From Chrysomallon squamiferum (Eukaryota > Animalia > Mollusca): a stretch of DNA of 64,000 bases. Below are positions 13,501 through 27,417 of this stretch, piece after piece (position 1 is the stretch's first letter; every line of letters starts with the position of its first letter). The notes under the pieces were generated by a model, which had not been told where the DNA came from, searched no databases, and saw nothing but the letters and a program-made list of their open reading frames with translations. The DNA lies in contig CM022676.1 in the NCBI GenBank assembly GCA_012295275.1, positions 2,728,001-2,792,000 on the forward strand. The letters run 5' to 3'. A program made the position numbers and the translations under genes.

Positions 13501-16500
13501 TGTAAGTAAGTACATTAACAATGATCTAAGTAAGAACATAAGTAAGTACGTAAATAATAACCTGAGTCAGCAAGGAAGAAAGTAAGTAAGTAAATAGTAA
13601 ACTAAGTAAGTGAGAATGTAACGAAGTAGATTAACAATTATCTAAGTAAGAAAGAAAGTAAGTAAATAAATAATGACCTAAGTAAGCAATAATGCTAGTA
13701 AGTAAGTAAGTGAGAATGCAAGTACGTACATTAAGAATTATCTAAGTAAGAAAGAAAATAATATGTACGTAAAAATGACCTAAGGAAGAAAAAAACTAAG
13801 TAAGTGAGAATTTAAGAAAGTACATTTATGTAAGAAAGAAAGTAGGTGACCTAAGTTAGCAAGGAACCGAGTAAGTAAGTAAATAGTAACCTAAGTAAGT
13901 GAGAATGTAAGTAAATACATTAGCAATTATCTAAGTAAGACAGAAAGAAAGTAAGTACGGAAATAATGACCTAAGTCAGCAAGAAATCAAGTAACTAAGG
14001 AAATGATAATGTAACTAAGTAAATTATCAAGTCTCTAAGTAAGAACATAAGGAAGATCATATATAATGACCTCAGTTAGCAAGGAAACGAGTAAATAGTA
14101 ACCTAAGTAAGTGTGAATATAAGTAAGTACATTAACAATTATCTAAGTAAGCAAGAAAGGAAGTAACTAAGAAAGGGAGAATGCAAGTAACTGCATTGGC
14201 AGTTATCTAAGTAAGAAAGAAAGTAAGTAAGAAAGAAAGTAAGTATGTACGTAAATAATGACCTATGTAAGCAGGGAAGCAGGTAACTAAGTAAGTGAGA
14301 ATGTAAGAAACTACATTAGCAATTATCTAGTAAGAAAGTACGTAAGTATGTAAATAATAACCGAAGTTAGCAAGAAAGCAAGTAACTAAGTAAGTGAGAA
14401 TCTAAGTAAATACATTAACAATTATCTAAGTAAGACACAGAGTAACAAAGTAATTAAATAATGACCTAAGTAACCAAGGAAGAAAGTAACTAATTAAGTG
14501 AGAAAGTGAATAAGTACATTAACAATTATCTAAGTAAGTAAGTAAGTGCGTAAATAATGACCTAAGATAGCAAGGAAGCGATTTTGTAAGTACATACTTG
14601 CCTAAGTAAGTGAGAATGTAAGAAAATACATTAACAATTATCTAAGTATGTCACAAAGTAATTAAGTTCGTAAATAATGAGCTAAGTAAGCGAGGATGCA
14701 TGCAACAAAGTAAGTGACAATCCAAGAATGTACATTAATAATTATCTAAGAAAGAAAGTATGTACGTAAATAATGACCTAAGTGAGCAAGGAAGCAAGTA
14801 ACTAAGTAAATGAGAATCCAAGAATGTACATTAATAATTACGTAAGAATGAAACAAAGTATCTACGTAAATAATGGCCTAAGTGAGCAAGGAAGAAAGTA
14901 ACTAAGTAAGTGAGAATATAAGTAAGTACATTAACAATTATCTAAGTAAGAAAGTAAGTACGTAAATAATGACATAAGTTACCAAGGAAGCCAGTACGTG
15001 AGTAAATAGTAACATAAGTAAGTGAGAATGTAAGTAAATACATTACTAATTATGTAAGTATGTCAGAAAGTAAGTAAGTAAATAAATAATGACCTAAGTA
15101 ACCAAGGAAGCAAGTAACTAAGTAAGTGAGAATCCAAGAATGTACCTTAATAATTATCTGAGTAAGAAAGAATATACGTAAATAATGGCCTAAGTGAGCA
15201 AGGAAGCATGTAACTAAGTAAATGAAAATCCAAGAATGTACATTAATAACTATCTAAGAATGAAAGAAAGAATGTACATAAATAATGGCCAAAGTGAGCA
15301 AGGAAGTAAGTAACTAACTAAGTGAGAATTTAATTAAGTACACTAACAATTATCTAAGTAAGAAAGTAAGTAAGTTCGTAAATAATGACCTAAGTTAGCT
15401 AGAAGCGAGTAATTCAGTAAAGAGTAAGCTAAGTAACTGAGAATGTAAGTAAATACATTAGCAGTTATCTATCTAAAAAAGAAAGTAAGTAACTAAATAA
15501 TGACGTAAGTAAACAGGGAAGCAAGTAACTAAGTAAGTGAGAATGTAAGTAAGTACATTAATAATTATCTAAGAAAGAAAGAAAGTATGTATGTAAATAA
15601 TGACCTAAGTTAGCAAGGAAGCGAGTAAGTTAATAAATAGTAACCTAAGTAAGTGAGAATGTAAGTAAATACATTAGCAATTATCTAAGTAAGACAGAAA
15701 GTAACTAAGTAATTAAATAATGACCTAAGTAACCAAGGAAGAAAGTAACTAAGTAAGTGAGAAAGTGAATAAGTACATTAACAATTATCTAAGTAAGAAA
15801 GTAAGTAAGTACGTAAATAATGACCTAAGTTAGCAAGGAAGCGGGAAAGTAAGTAAATACTTGCCTAAGTAAGTGAGAATAAAGAAAATACATTAGCAAT
15901 TATCTAAGTATGTCAGAAAGAAATTAAGTTCGTAAATAATGAGCTAACTAAGCAAGGAAGCAGGGAACGAAGTAAGTGACAATCCAAGAATGTACATTAA
16001 TAATTATCTAAGAAAGAAAGATAGTATGTACGTAAATAATGACCTAATTGAGCAAGGAAGCAAGTAACTAAGTAAATGAGAATCCAAGAATGTACATTAA
16101 TAATTATCTAAGAATGAAAGAAATTATCAACGTAAATAATAGCCTAAGTGAGCAAGGAAGAAAGTAAGTTAGTAAATAGTAACCTAAGTAAATACATTAG
16201 CAATTATCTAAGTATGTCAGAAAGTAACTAAGTCATTGCATAATGACCTAAGTAAGGAAGGAAGCAAGTAACTAAGTAAGTGAGAATCTAAGAATGTACA
16301 TTAATAATAATCTAAGTAAGAAAGAAAGTATATATGTAAATAATGTCCTAAGTGAGGAAGTAAGCAAGTAAGTAAGTATGTGAGAATGTGAATAAGTACG
16401 CTAACAATTGGCTAAGTAAGAAAGTACGTAATTACGTAAATAATGACGTATGTTACCAAGGAATCGAGTAAGTAAATAGTAACCTATGTAATTGTGTATG

Positions 16501-19500
16501 TAATTAAAGACATTAGCAATTATCTAAGTAAGAAAGAAAGTAAGTAAGTACCTAAATAATGACCTCAGTAAGTAAGAAAGGAGAGGAAGTAAGTAATTGA
16601 GAATGCAGGTAAGTACTTTAAAATGTATCTGAGTAAGAAAGTATGAAATTACATATGTAATGACCTAAGTTAGCAAGGAAGCGAGTAGGTTAGTAAATAG
16701 TAACCTAAGTAAGTGAGGATGTAAGTAAATGTATTGACAATTATCTAATTAAGAAAGTAAATAAATTCGTAAATAATGCTTTAGTTAGCAAGGAAGCGAG
16801 TAAGTAAGTAAATAATAACCTAACTAAGTTAGAATGTCATAAGTAAGCAATGAAGCGAGTAGGTTAGTAAATAGTAACCTAAGTAAGTGAGGATGTAAGT
16901 AAATGTATTGACAATTATCTAATTAAGAAAGTAAATAAATTCGTAAATAATGCTATAGTTAGCAAGGAAGCGAGTAAGTAAGTAAATAATAACCTAAGTA
17001 AGTTAGAATGTCATAAGTAAGCAAGGTAGGAAGTAACGAAGTGAGAATGTAAGTAATCACTTTAACAATTATCTAAGTAAGAAAGTAAGAACGTAAAAAA
17101 GACCTATGTTATCAAGGAAACGAGTAAGTAAGTAGAACCCTAAGTAAGTGAGAATGTGAGAGAGTATATTAACAATTATCTAAGTAAGAAAGTAAGTACG
17201 TAAATAATGACGTAAGTAAGCAAGGAAGCAAGTAACTAAGTTAGTGAGAATGTAAGTACATTAACAATTATCTAAGTAAGAAGGAAAGCAATTATGTACG
17301 TCAATAATCACACAAGTAATCAAAGAAGGAAGTAACTAAGTAACTGAGAATGCAACTAAGTGCATTAACAATTATCTAACTAATAAAGAAAGTAAGTACG
17401 TAAATTATGGCCTGAAGCGAGTAAGTAAGTGAATAGTAACCTGATAAGTGAGAATTTTAGTAAGTACATTAACAATTATCTAAGTAACAACTTCATTAAG
17501 TACGTAAATAATGGCCTAAGTTAGCAAGGAAGCGAGTAAGTAAGTAAATAGAAACCTAAGTAAGTCAGAATTTAAGTAAGTATATTAACAGTTACCTAAG
17601 TAACAAAGAAAGTATGTACTTCAACCATGGTTTAAGTAAGCAAGAAGCAAATAACTAACTTAGTTAGAATATATGTAAGTACATTAGCAATTATCTAAGT
17701 AAGAAAGTAGGTAAGTACGTAAATAATGGCCTAAGTTAGCAAGGAAACGAGTAAGTTAATAAATAGTAACCTAACTAAGTTAGAATGTAAGTAAATGTAT
17801 TGACAATTATCTGATTAAGAAAGTAAGTAAGTACGTAAATAATGACGTAAGTAAGCAAGGAATCAAGTAACTAAGTTAGTGGGAATGTAAGTAAGTACAT
17901 TAACAATTATCTAAGTAAGAAGGAAAGTAATTAAGTACGTAAATGATCACACAAGCAATCAAAGAAGGAAGTAACTAAGTAACTGAGAAAGCAACTAAGT
18001 AAGAAAGGAAGTAAATACATAAGTAATGACCTAAGTTCGCAAGGAACCCAGTAACTAAGTAAATAGTAACCTAGTAAGTGAGAATGTAAGTAACTACATT
18101 AACAATTATCTAAGTACAAAGTAAGTAAATACGTAAATAATGGCCTAAGTTAGGAAGTAAGCGAGTAAGTAAGTAAATATTTACCTAAGTAAGTGAGAAT
18201 GTAAGTAAGTACATTAACAATTATCTAAGTAACAATGAAATTATGTACTTAAACAATGGCCTAAGTTAGCAAGGAAGCAAGTAACTAAGTTAGTGAGAAT
18301 GTAAGTAAGTACATTAGCAATTATCTAAGTAAGAAACAAAGTAAGTAACTAAATAATGACTTAAGAAAGCAAGGAAACTAGTAACGATCTGCGAATGCAA
18401 GTAAGCACATTAACAATCATCTAAGTTAGAAAGTAAGTACGTGAATAATGATATATGTTAGTAAGGAAGCGAGCAAGTAAGTAAATAGTAACCTAAGTAA
18501 GTGAGAATGTAAGTAAATACATTAACAATTATGTAAGTAAGAAAGAAAGTAAATATGTAAGTAAATAATTACCAAAGTAAGAAAGGTAGGAAACATCTAA
18601 GTAAATGAGAATGTATGTAAGTATATTAAGAATTATCTAAGTAGCAAAGTAAGTTAGTAAGTGTTTAAATAATTTCCTAAGTAAGCAAGGTAGGAAGTAA
18701 CGAAGAGAGAATGGAAATAACTACATTAACCATTATGTAAGAAAGTAAGAACGTAAATAAAGTTATCCAGGAAGCGAGTAAGTAACTAAATAGTAACGTA
18801 AGTAACACAGAATGTAAGTAAGTTCATTAACAATTATCAAAGTAAGAAAGTAAGTAAGTACGTCAATAATGGCCTAAGTTAGCATGGAGGCGAGTACATA
18901 AGTAGTAATCTAAGTAACGGAGAATTTAAGTAAGGATATTAACAATTATGTAAGTAAGAAAGAAAGTAAGTATGTATGTAAATAATGGCCTAAGTTAGAA
19001 AGGAAGCTAGTAACTAAGTTAGTGAGAATATAATTAAGTAAATTAGCAATTTTCTAAGTACGAAAGTAGGTAAATACGTAAATAATGACCTAACATAAGT
19101 AAGTGAGAATGTAAGTAAATATATTAACAATTATCTAAGTAAGAAAGTAAGTACATAAATAATGGCCTATGTAAGCAAGGAAGCAAGTAACTTAGTAAGT
19201 TAGAGCGTAAGTAAGTAAATTAACAGTTATCTAAGAAAGAACGTAAGTACGTAAATAATGACCTAAGTTAACAAGGAAGCAAGTAACTAAGTATGTGACA
19301 ATGTACTAAATGTATTAACAATCATCGTACTAAAAAAGTAAATAAGTTTGTAAATAATGCCTAATTAAGCAAGGAAGCGAGTAAGTAAGTAAATAATAAT
19401 CTAAGTATGTTAGAATGTAATTAAGTATATTAACAATTATCTAAGTAGGAAAGTAAGTTAGTATGTATTTAAATAATGTCCTAAGTAAGCAAGGAAGCAA

Positions 19501-22500
19501 GTAACTAAGTTAGTGAGAATGTAAGTAAGTACATTAGCAATTATCTAAGTAAGAAAGTAGGTAAGTACTTAAATAATTACCTAAGTATGCGAGAATGTAA
19601 GTAAGTACATTAACTATTATCTATGTAAGAAACAAATTAAGTATTACGTAAATACTTAGGTATTTCTTACTTAGGTAATTAGATTCGTACTTATTGGTTT
19701 TCATGATTCTTAAGGTGTTTGTTATAGTTCTTACTTACATTCTCACTTACTTTAGTGATTATCTACGTACGTGCTTGCTTCCTTGCTTAGTTAGTTAATT
19801 GTTTATGTACCTACTATCTTTCTTTCTTCGTTAGGTATTTATTTACGTACTTACTTGCTTTCTTGGTTACTTAGGTACATGTCATGGTACGTACTTTCTT
19901 TCTCACATACTAAGATCAATATTTATGTACTTACTTGCTTTCTTCCTTTCTTAGATAACTATTTGTGTACTTACTTATTTTCTTTCTTACTTAGGTATCT
20001 GTTAATGTACTTACTTACATTCTCACTTAATTAGGTAATTATTTACGTACTTACTTTCTTTCTTTCTTACTTAGGTAATTATTTACGTACTTGCTTGTTT
20101 TCTTGCTTAGTTAGGAAAGTATTTACGTAACAAATTATCTTAGTACTAAAGAAACATAGTAAGTAGATATATAATTAACTAAGTAAGTGAGAATGTGACT
20201 AGGAACAATAACAAATACCTATGGAATCAAGAAATCAAGTATCTACGTAAATAATTACCTAAGTAAGTAAGAGTATAAATAAGTACATTAACAGTTATCA
20301 AAGTAAGAAAGAACGTAAGTTCGTAAATAATTATCTATGTAAGCAAGAAAGCAAGTAAGTACTTAAGTAATTACCTAAGTAAGTAAGAATGTAACTAAGT
20401 ACATTAACAATTATTCAAGTAGGAAATAAATTGAGTACGTAAATAATAACCTAAGGAAGCAAGAAAGCAAGTAGATAGAAAAATCACATAAGAAACAGAG
20501 AATATAAGGAAGTACATTAACAATTATCTAAGAAATAAAGAAGTTAAGTAAGTACCTAAATACTTACCTAAGTAAGCAACAAAGCTATTAAGTACGTGAA
20601 TAATTACCTAAGTAAGAAAGAATGATAGTAAATACATAAATAACTATCTAACTAAGAAAGGAAGCGTGTAACTTCGTATATAATTACCTAAGTAAGCAAG
20701 AAAGCACTTAAGTACGAAAACAATTACCTAAGTAAGTGTGAATGCAAGTAAGTACAAAATTATCTATGTAAGAAAGAAAGTAAGTACGTACATAATTTGC
20801 TAAGAAAGGAAGAAAGCAGGCAAGCACATAAATAACTATCTAAGTAAGTCAGAAAGTAAGTAGGTACCATGAGAAATACATAAGTTACAAAGAAAGTAAC
20901 TACGTGCGTAAATAATATTCGTAAGTAAGAAAGGCAGATAGTAAGTACGTAAATAATTACCTAAGCAAAGACGCAAGTAAGTACGTAATAACTACTTAAG
21001 TATGCAAGAAAAAAGTAAGTACGTAAATAATTACCTAAGGAAGAAAGAAATATAGTAAGCAATAAATACTTACTTATCTAAGCAAGGAAGCAAGTTCGTA
21101 CATAAATACTTACCTAAGTAAGTCAGAAAGTAAATAAATACTTAAACAATTATCAAAGTAAGCAGGAAAATAACTAAGTCGGTAAATAATTACCTAAGTA
21201 AGAGAGAAAGTAAGAACCACAACAAATACTTAAGGAAGCAAGAAAGCAAGTAAGTACCTAAATAATTACGAAGTAAGTCAGAATATAAGTAATTACATTA
21301 ACAATTATCTAATAAAAAAGAGTGTAAGTACGTAAATAATAACGTAAGAAAGGAAATACGTTCATAAATAATTACCTAAGTGATAAATAAACTAAGTAAG
21401 TACGTAAACAATTATCTTAACAAGTATCAAAGCAAATTAGTACGTAGGTAATTACATAATTAAGAAATAATATAAGTAATTAAGTAAGTAAATACTTTCC
21501 TAAGTAAGTAATAAAGGATATATGTTTATAAATAATCACCTATGTAAGTAAATACGTAAATAATTAGCTGCCAAAGAAACAACGTAAGTACGTAAATAAG
21601 CACATAAGTAATTACCAAAGAGAGATAGTACGTAAATAATTACCTAATTAAGAAATCAAGTAAGTAAGTAAGTGAGCCAATAATTACCTAACCAAGTAAG
21701 AAAGTATGTATGTACGTAAACAATTACCTATGTAAGAAAGAATGCAAGTAAGTACATTAAAAATTATCTATGTAAGAAAGAAAGTAAGTAAGTACGTAAA
21801 TAATTTGCTAAGAAAGGAAGAAGGCAGGTAAGTACGTAAATAACTATCTAAGTAAGTCAGAAAGTAAGTAGGTACCATGAGAAATACATAAGTTACAAAG
21901 AAAGTAACTACGTGCGTAAATAATATTCGTAAGTAAGAAAGGCAGATAGTAAGTACGTAAATAATTACCTAAGCAAAGACGCAAGTAAGTACGTAAATAA
22001 CAAGTATGCTAGAAAAAAATACTTACCTAAGTAAGTCAGAAAGTAAATAAATACTTAAACAATTATCAAAGTAAGCAGAAAAATAACTAAATCGGTAAAT
22101 AATTACCTAAGTAAGAGAGAAAGTAAGTAGGAACCACAACAAATACTTAAGTAAGCAAGAAAGCAAGTAAGTACCTAAATAATTCAGAAGTTAGTCAGAA
22201 TATAAGTAATTACATTAACAATTATCTAATAAAAAAGAGTGTACGTACGTAAATAATAACGTAAGTAAGAAAGGAAATACGTTCGTAAATAATTACCTAA
22301 GTGATAAATAAACTAAGTAAGTACGTAAACAATTATCTTAACAAGTATCAAAGCAAATTAGTACGTAGGTAATTACATAATTAAGAAATAATATAAGTAA
22401 TTAAGTAAGTAAATACTTTCCTAAGTAAGTAATAAAGGATATATGTTCGTAAATAATCACCTATGTAAGTAAATACGTAAATAATTAGCTGCCAAAGAAA

Positions 22501-22626
22501 CAACGTAAGTACGTAAATAAGCACCTAAGTAATTACCAAAGAGAGATAGTACGTAAATAATTACCTAATTAAGAAATCAAGTAAGTAAGTAAGTGAGCGA
22601 ATAATTAACTAAGCAAGTAAGAAAGT
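7540..22626 (+). repeat. Main ~15 kb family-1 satellite array with zoned subfamilies and a flipped block at ~19650-20110
   Basis: Zone with gtaggtaccatgacaa variants (~9300-12870); zone with taaataatgacctaagttagcaaggaagc / gtgagaatgtaagtaagtacattaacaattatct variants (~12870-19600); local duplications at 9301/9421 (120 bp offset), ~16677/16852 and ~14400/15660. Confidence 0.93.
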
Positions 22627-23708
22627 TTTCCGTGAAAAAAATGTTTCAGTAGATACTAACTACAGATAATATTTTAAAAGTAAATGTGGCATCTGAAGAA
22701 AAACAAGAGACCAGACAAGACAGGTCTTCCATAACCCACGGTTCACTTTCGTTTACATGGAGATAATAGAAAAGAAACTTGAAAGTTTCGTCTTACTTTA
22801 ATAAGAGGGATTTGGTAAAATGCCCTTATTTAATTTTATGCAGTAATTATGTAGCGTAATCTGTATTATTAGAGACGTATTAGCTACACACACACATACA
22901 CACACACAAAAAAACACACACACATATACCTTAACATAAATATATTGATTTTATCGTGATTTCGTCATCAACAAATTTTGAATTCAGTCTTTTATATATA
23001 TATATTTTTTTTTTTTTTTTTTTTTTTTTGTATATTTTTTTTTTTCAAAAAAACGGAATTTGGATTTATATTCTTTAGTATTTTTGCAAAATACACCGTT
23101 AAATAATTTAGAAATAATTCAAAATGGTCTCTTTGTCGATTAGTTGTTTAGGTAGTTGATGCGGGTAGAATTATACCATTACGATAATAAATTACTGTCT
23201 CAACAGTGTAATCCCTATGATGGATCTTGTAAACGACTAGATCCCCTGTACGGTAAAAATTTACTTTATTTATTAATTAGGTAATTATTTATGTAATAAC
23301 TTGCTTTCTCAATTACTTAGGTAATTGTTTACGTACACACATACTTTCATAATTACTTAGGTAATTATTTGCGTACTTACTTGCATTGCTGCTTATTTAA
23401 GTAATTATTTACGTACTTATTTACTTTCGTTCTTACTTACGTAATTGTTTACTTATTTACTTACTTTCTTACTTACTAAGGTAATTACTTACGAACATAC
23501 TTCCTTTCTTACTTTCTTAGGTAAATATTTACTTACTTCCTTACTAACTTACTTTTTCTCTTAATTATGTAATTATTTACGTACTAACTCTCATTGGTAC
23601 TTACGTAATTATTTCCATAGTTACTTACGTTCTTTCTTTCTTACCTAATTATTTCCGTAGTTACTTAGTTGATTATTTGCGAACACACTTCCTTTCTTAC
23701 TTACTTAC
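19076..23708 (-). repeat. Right arm of the inverted duplication (B' then A')
   Basis: Reverse complement of 2076-4753 and 32-1053; lacks the equivalent of 1054-2122; contains a ~1 kb internal tandem duplication (~20745-21750 / ~21750-22626). Confidence 0.9.
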
Positions 23709-24405
23709 GTGATTATTTTCGAACCTACTTCCTTTATTACTTACTTAGGTAATTATTTTGATTCTTACTTACTTACTTTTATCTTAATTATCTAATTATT
23801 TACATTCTTACTTACTTGCTTTGTTACTCACTTAGGTAAATATTTACGTTCTTACTTGCATTTTTTCTTTCCCAAGTAATTGTTTACGTACTTACTTACT
23901 TTCTTACTTACTTAGGTAATTATTTACGTACTTACATAGGCAATTATTTACAAACATACTTCCTTTCATACTTAGGGAAACATTTACTTACTTACTTTAA
24001 TTCTTAATTATGTAATTTTTTACGTCCTAACTCCCTTTGGTACTTGCTTAGGTAATTATTTACGTACTTACTTACGTTCTTTCTTTCTTACCTAATTATT
24101 TACGTACTTAGTTACCTAGTTGATTATTTACGAACATACTTCCTTTCTTACTTACTTAGGTAATTATTTATTTACTTACTTACTTTATTTCTTAATTAGT
24201 TAATTATTTACGTTACGTACTCTTTCCTCTCTTTGGTACTTACTTAAGTAATTATTTACGTTCTTAATTAAGTTTCTTCTTTCTTAGCTAACTATTTAAG
24301 TACTTACTTACTTAGGTGATTATTTTCGAACATACTTCCTTTATTACTTACTTAGGTTATTTACTTGCTTATTTACTTATTTACTTACTTCATTTCTTAA
24401 GTATG
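23265..24405 (-). repeat. Family-1 satellite, T-rich orientation
   Basis: acttacttaggtaattatttacg units ending at ~24405. Confidence 0.9.
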
Positions 24406-24409
24406 TAAC

Positions 24410-24645
24410 AAACCATTGTTATGTTATATTCTACGTATAATAAAATTGTTTTAAAAAGGCACCTGAATTGAAATGATTTAATGGAAGAAAATAGCAGCGA
24501 CTATAACGTTGTTATGTCCAGTTTCAACTTGTTAATCTGTATGTTTTGCCATTTGTTGTAGAACTCTGCTTATTGGATTACGTAATTGATCATTTTGTTT
24601 TTTGTTTTAGGAACCACATACGTAGAAGTTACCACTGAAATTCAA
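24410..24645 (+). pseudogene. Paralogous post-Ig2 intron plus Thr-rich stalk micro-exon (24611-24645)
   Basis: 24410-24590 aligns with ~29445-29615 (the intron after the Ig2 exon); ttttag|GA ACC ACA TAC GTA GAA GTT ACC ACT GAA ATT CAA|gtaagt = TTYVEVTTEIQ; its 35 nt length gives phase 0 out, which does not match the next exon. Confidence 0.55.
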
Positions 24646-25546
24646 GTAAGTTTAATTTTGTTTGTAACAAGTAGACTTTGATTTCTGTTTCGGGTGAGCA
24701 CATTTAGTATATTTTACATTTAGTGTAATTTGATTGTGCTAACGAACAACGTCGTTTATATTGTGAAACAGATACTGAGACGCTGAAATTGTGATCCATT
24801 TTTATTCATTAAGTTTACTTACAAATAGTTTATATCTAATGAAATACAAATCACTTAGATGATGCGATCAAAACGACATTATTTTTTATCAAATAAACAC
24901 TCTTGAGAAATGTATTCATTTAACTCAAAAAGGTTCAGTTCAATTCGCAGTCCAATAATGTGACTATCAATAAATAACAATTAACACTTATCGTAAATCT
25001 TGATTCTATTTGTAATAATAGCTTTTCTGTTGCTGTTTTGCAATATTTTATTTTAATTTTGTCTTATTTCATGCTGATGAGGTAACAGATTGGCTTAATC
25101 ATTTATAAATACCACTGAAACTGAAATTGTCATGAGTGTTTAATTTATTTGATTATGACATAAGATTCGTTATAATATAGACTTTTATCTTCTGTCTGTC
25201 TGTGTGTCTCTCAGTCTGTCTGTCTGTCTCTCCATCCATGTATCTATATATCAGTCTATCTATCTATCTATCTATCTATGTATGTATGTATGTATGTATT
25301 ATAATAGATTGAATCTATATAATCTATCTATCACTATAATTAAATAAAAGTACTTAATCAATACCATGAAAATAACATAACGAAAACAATATTTCTGCAA
25401 TTTATCTAAATCATTTTTAAAATATACTTGAACATTTTAATCTTCGCCACGAATTCCAACGTACATCTTTTTGTTTTACAGTCACATAGTGTGTCTAATA
25501 CGTTGAACATGTTGACTTGCCTCATTATCATGTATTATTGAATTAG

Positions 25547-25644
25547 GTGAACCGGCTATTTCCAAGCCCACAGATGCCGTACCTGCTGTTCACTCAGTCT
25601 GTTCCATGCTACTCGTGGTAGTCGGCGTTGTCATCTTCGTGTAA
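25547..25644 (+). CDS. Terminal exon encoding a GPI-signal-like / C-terminal hydrophobic tail
   Basis: attag|GT GAA CCG...; GEPAISKPTDAVPAVHSVCSMLLVVVGVVIFV*: polar spacer, then hydrophobic end with no cytoplasmic residues. Confidence 0.6.
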
Positions 25645-26567
25645 GTCTACTTACTCTCTGTCTGTGTGTCTGTCCTACATATCTTCCTTCACTGAGCTCT
25701 CTCTGGTTGCTTTTTCACGACCCTTCAAACAATTACTTTAAGAAAACCGGCACCATTTGAAACTCTCGTCCAGCCAACGTTAATCTATTGTGAACAAACC
25801 CCTGAGTGATTCGGATGAGCACTGTAATTGTGTTACTATATATCTGTATTGCAGTCTTCTCTCTTAAGTAATCCTATAGTTTATGAGAATTAAAAAACAC
25901 TTTCACAGAAGAATACCCCCACTAGCAAATTCACTGAAAGAAAGCCTGAATATTTATTACTACTGAGTATTTATATATTTCAAAAATAAATTATATAATG
26001 AAACCGTCTGAATATGTGTATTAGTTTTCTGCAGCATCAATCAGATAACATCGCATGTACCTGACACAGATACCTGATAAAGATACTCAGCTATAAATAT
26101 AAAACAACCACTATAAACTATAAATGACACCCAACACTGCACTTATACAAAATAAAGGGAACAACAAATGAGCGCAATCAATAAAGAAAAAAAAAAAAAC
26201 GAATTGTTTTGAAAGCTTCCTCAAGAATTATTTTACGAATTGTTTTAAAAGCTTCGTCGACAGTTATTTCCCCTTTCATGTTCTTATCATTCTTCAGTGT
26301 GTTGGTTATTTTGTTTAACAGAATATATTAACTTCTTAATTTATTAACTCTTTACCAATCTTATTAGAGATTTAATTCGTGCTTAAATTAGATTAAACGC
26401 ACTGCTTTAATTATTCAACTAGCTAACGTAATATTCTACCCTTATAACCTTCTGAATTTTAAATAAAATATCAAGCTACTAAAATGAAAGCAGCCTTTAT
26501 TTATATGAATTAATAAAATCTTACTTTTAATATTTTTATACTATAAGTACCTGTGAAGTGCATTTAC

Positions 26568-26585
26568 TTTATTTATTTATTTATT

Positions 26586-26651
<66 letters not shown>

Positions 26652-26652
26652 T
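26568..26652. repeat. (ATTT)n/(ATT)n microsatellite
   Basis: Direct reading. Confidence 0.9.
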
Positions 26653-27159
26653 TCATTGTTATTGTTGTTTAATAAATTTAATCTTAAAGTCTATTTAAAT
26701 GTGAAATGTTTTACAAAGGATTGTGAGATAGTTATTTATAATTAGACAGGAAAATCTTTAACAGTGGACAAAAGTAATTATTTATAATATTTATAAAGCA
26801 TAAATAGATTATATGTTCTAAATTCTGTTTTCTTCTCTTTCTCCTTTCTTATACTTTCTTCTCCCCTTCCATTTGTGTATTCCCTCTTTCATTTTCATGT
26901 TATTTCGTATCTGCTTTCTTCCAGTGCTTGACTAGCGCCTTGTATTTAAAATAAAACAATAACATCTCCTGTTGACTGTGCAACAACTGTCTCGATATGT
27001 GCAGACCATTCAACAGTTTATAAAGATTATTTACAAAAAAACTAAGTCATTATTTTATTTGTTAAAAAACTTAGACTAGTCAGAGGGTATAGTTTCTTTA
27101 TATCACCGGTCACATGACCCGAATTTTCCGGTATTTTTCCGTTTTCTTAGATTTTTTTA

Positions 27160-27217
27160 ACCATGTCCACAGAATCACTGTTATTTTATTAACAAGTTTA
27201 ACATTGACTTCAACTGG
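27160..27217 (+). pseudogene. Tandem duplicate of the signal-peptide exon
   Basis: ccatgtccaca...ctgttattttattaacaagtttaacattgacttcaactgg repeats ~200 bp later; weak donor gtttct. Confidence 0.65.
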
Positions 27218-27374
27218 TTTCTTTTTGTTTGTTTATGTCTTAATAACTATAACACTTGTTTCACATGATGTCGATGAGACGATGAAGTTTTTATAAATCC
27301 GGTTTCTGAACTGATTTCCGTTTTTCTGTTAGTGTTGTTTTTCATTTACCTTGATTCGACCATGTCCACAATCA

Positions 27375-27417
27375 ATGACTGTTATTTTATTAACAAGTTT
27401 AACATTGACTTCAACTG
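27375..27417 (+). CDS. Signal-peptide exon of Ig gene copy 3
   Basis: ATG ACT GTT ATT TTA TTA ACA AGT TTA ACA TTG ACT TCA ACT G|gtgagt; phase 1 joins 28191 to give MTVILLTSLTLTSTGEAAKLTISPRP. Confidence 0.7.

Noticed and set aside
7540-22626. Telomeric or interstitial telomere repeat
   Set aside because: TTAGG/CCTAA occurs once per unit but there are no tandem (TTAGG)n or (TTAGGG)n runs
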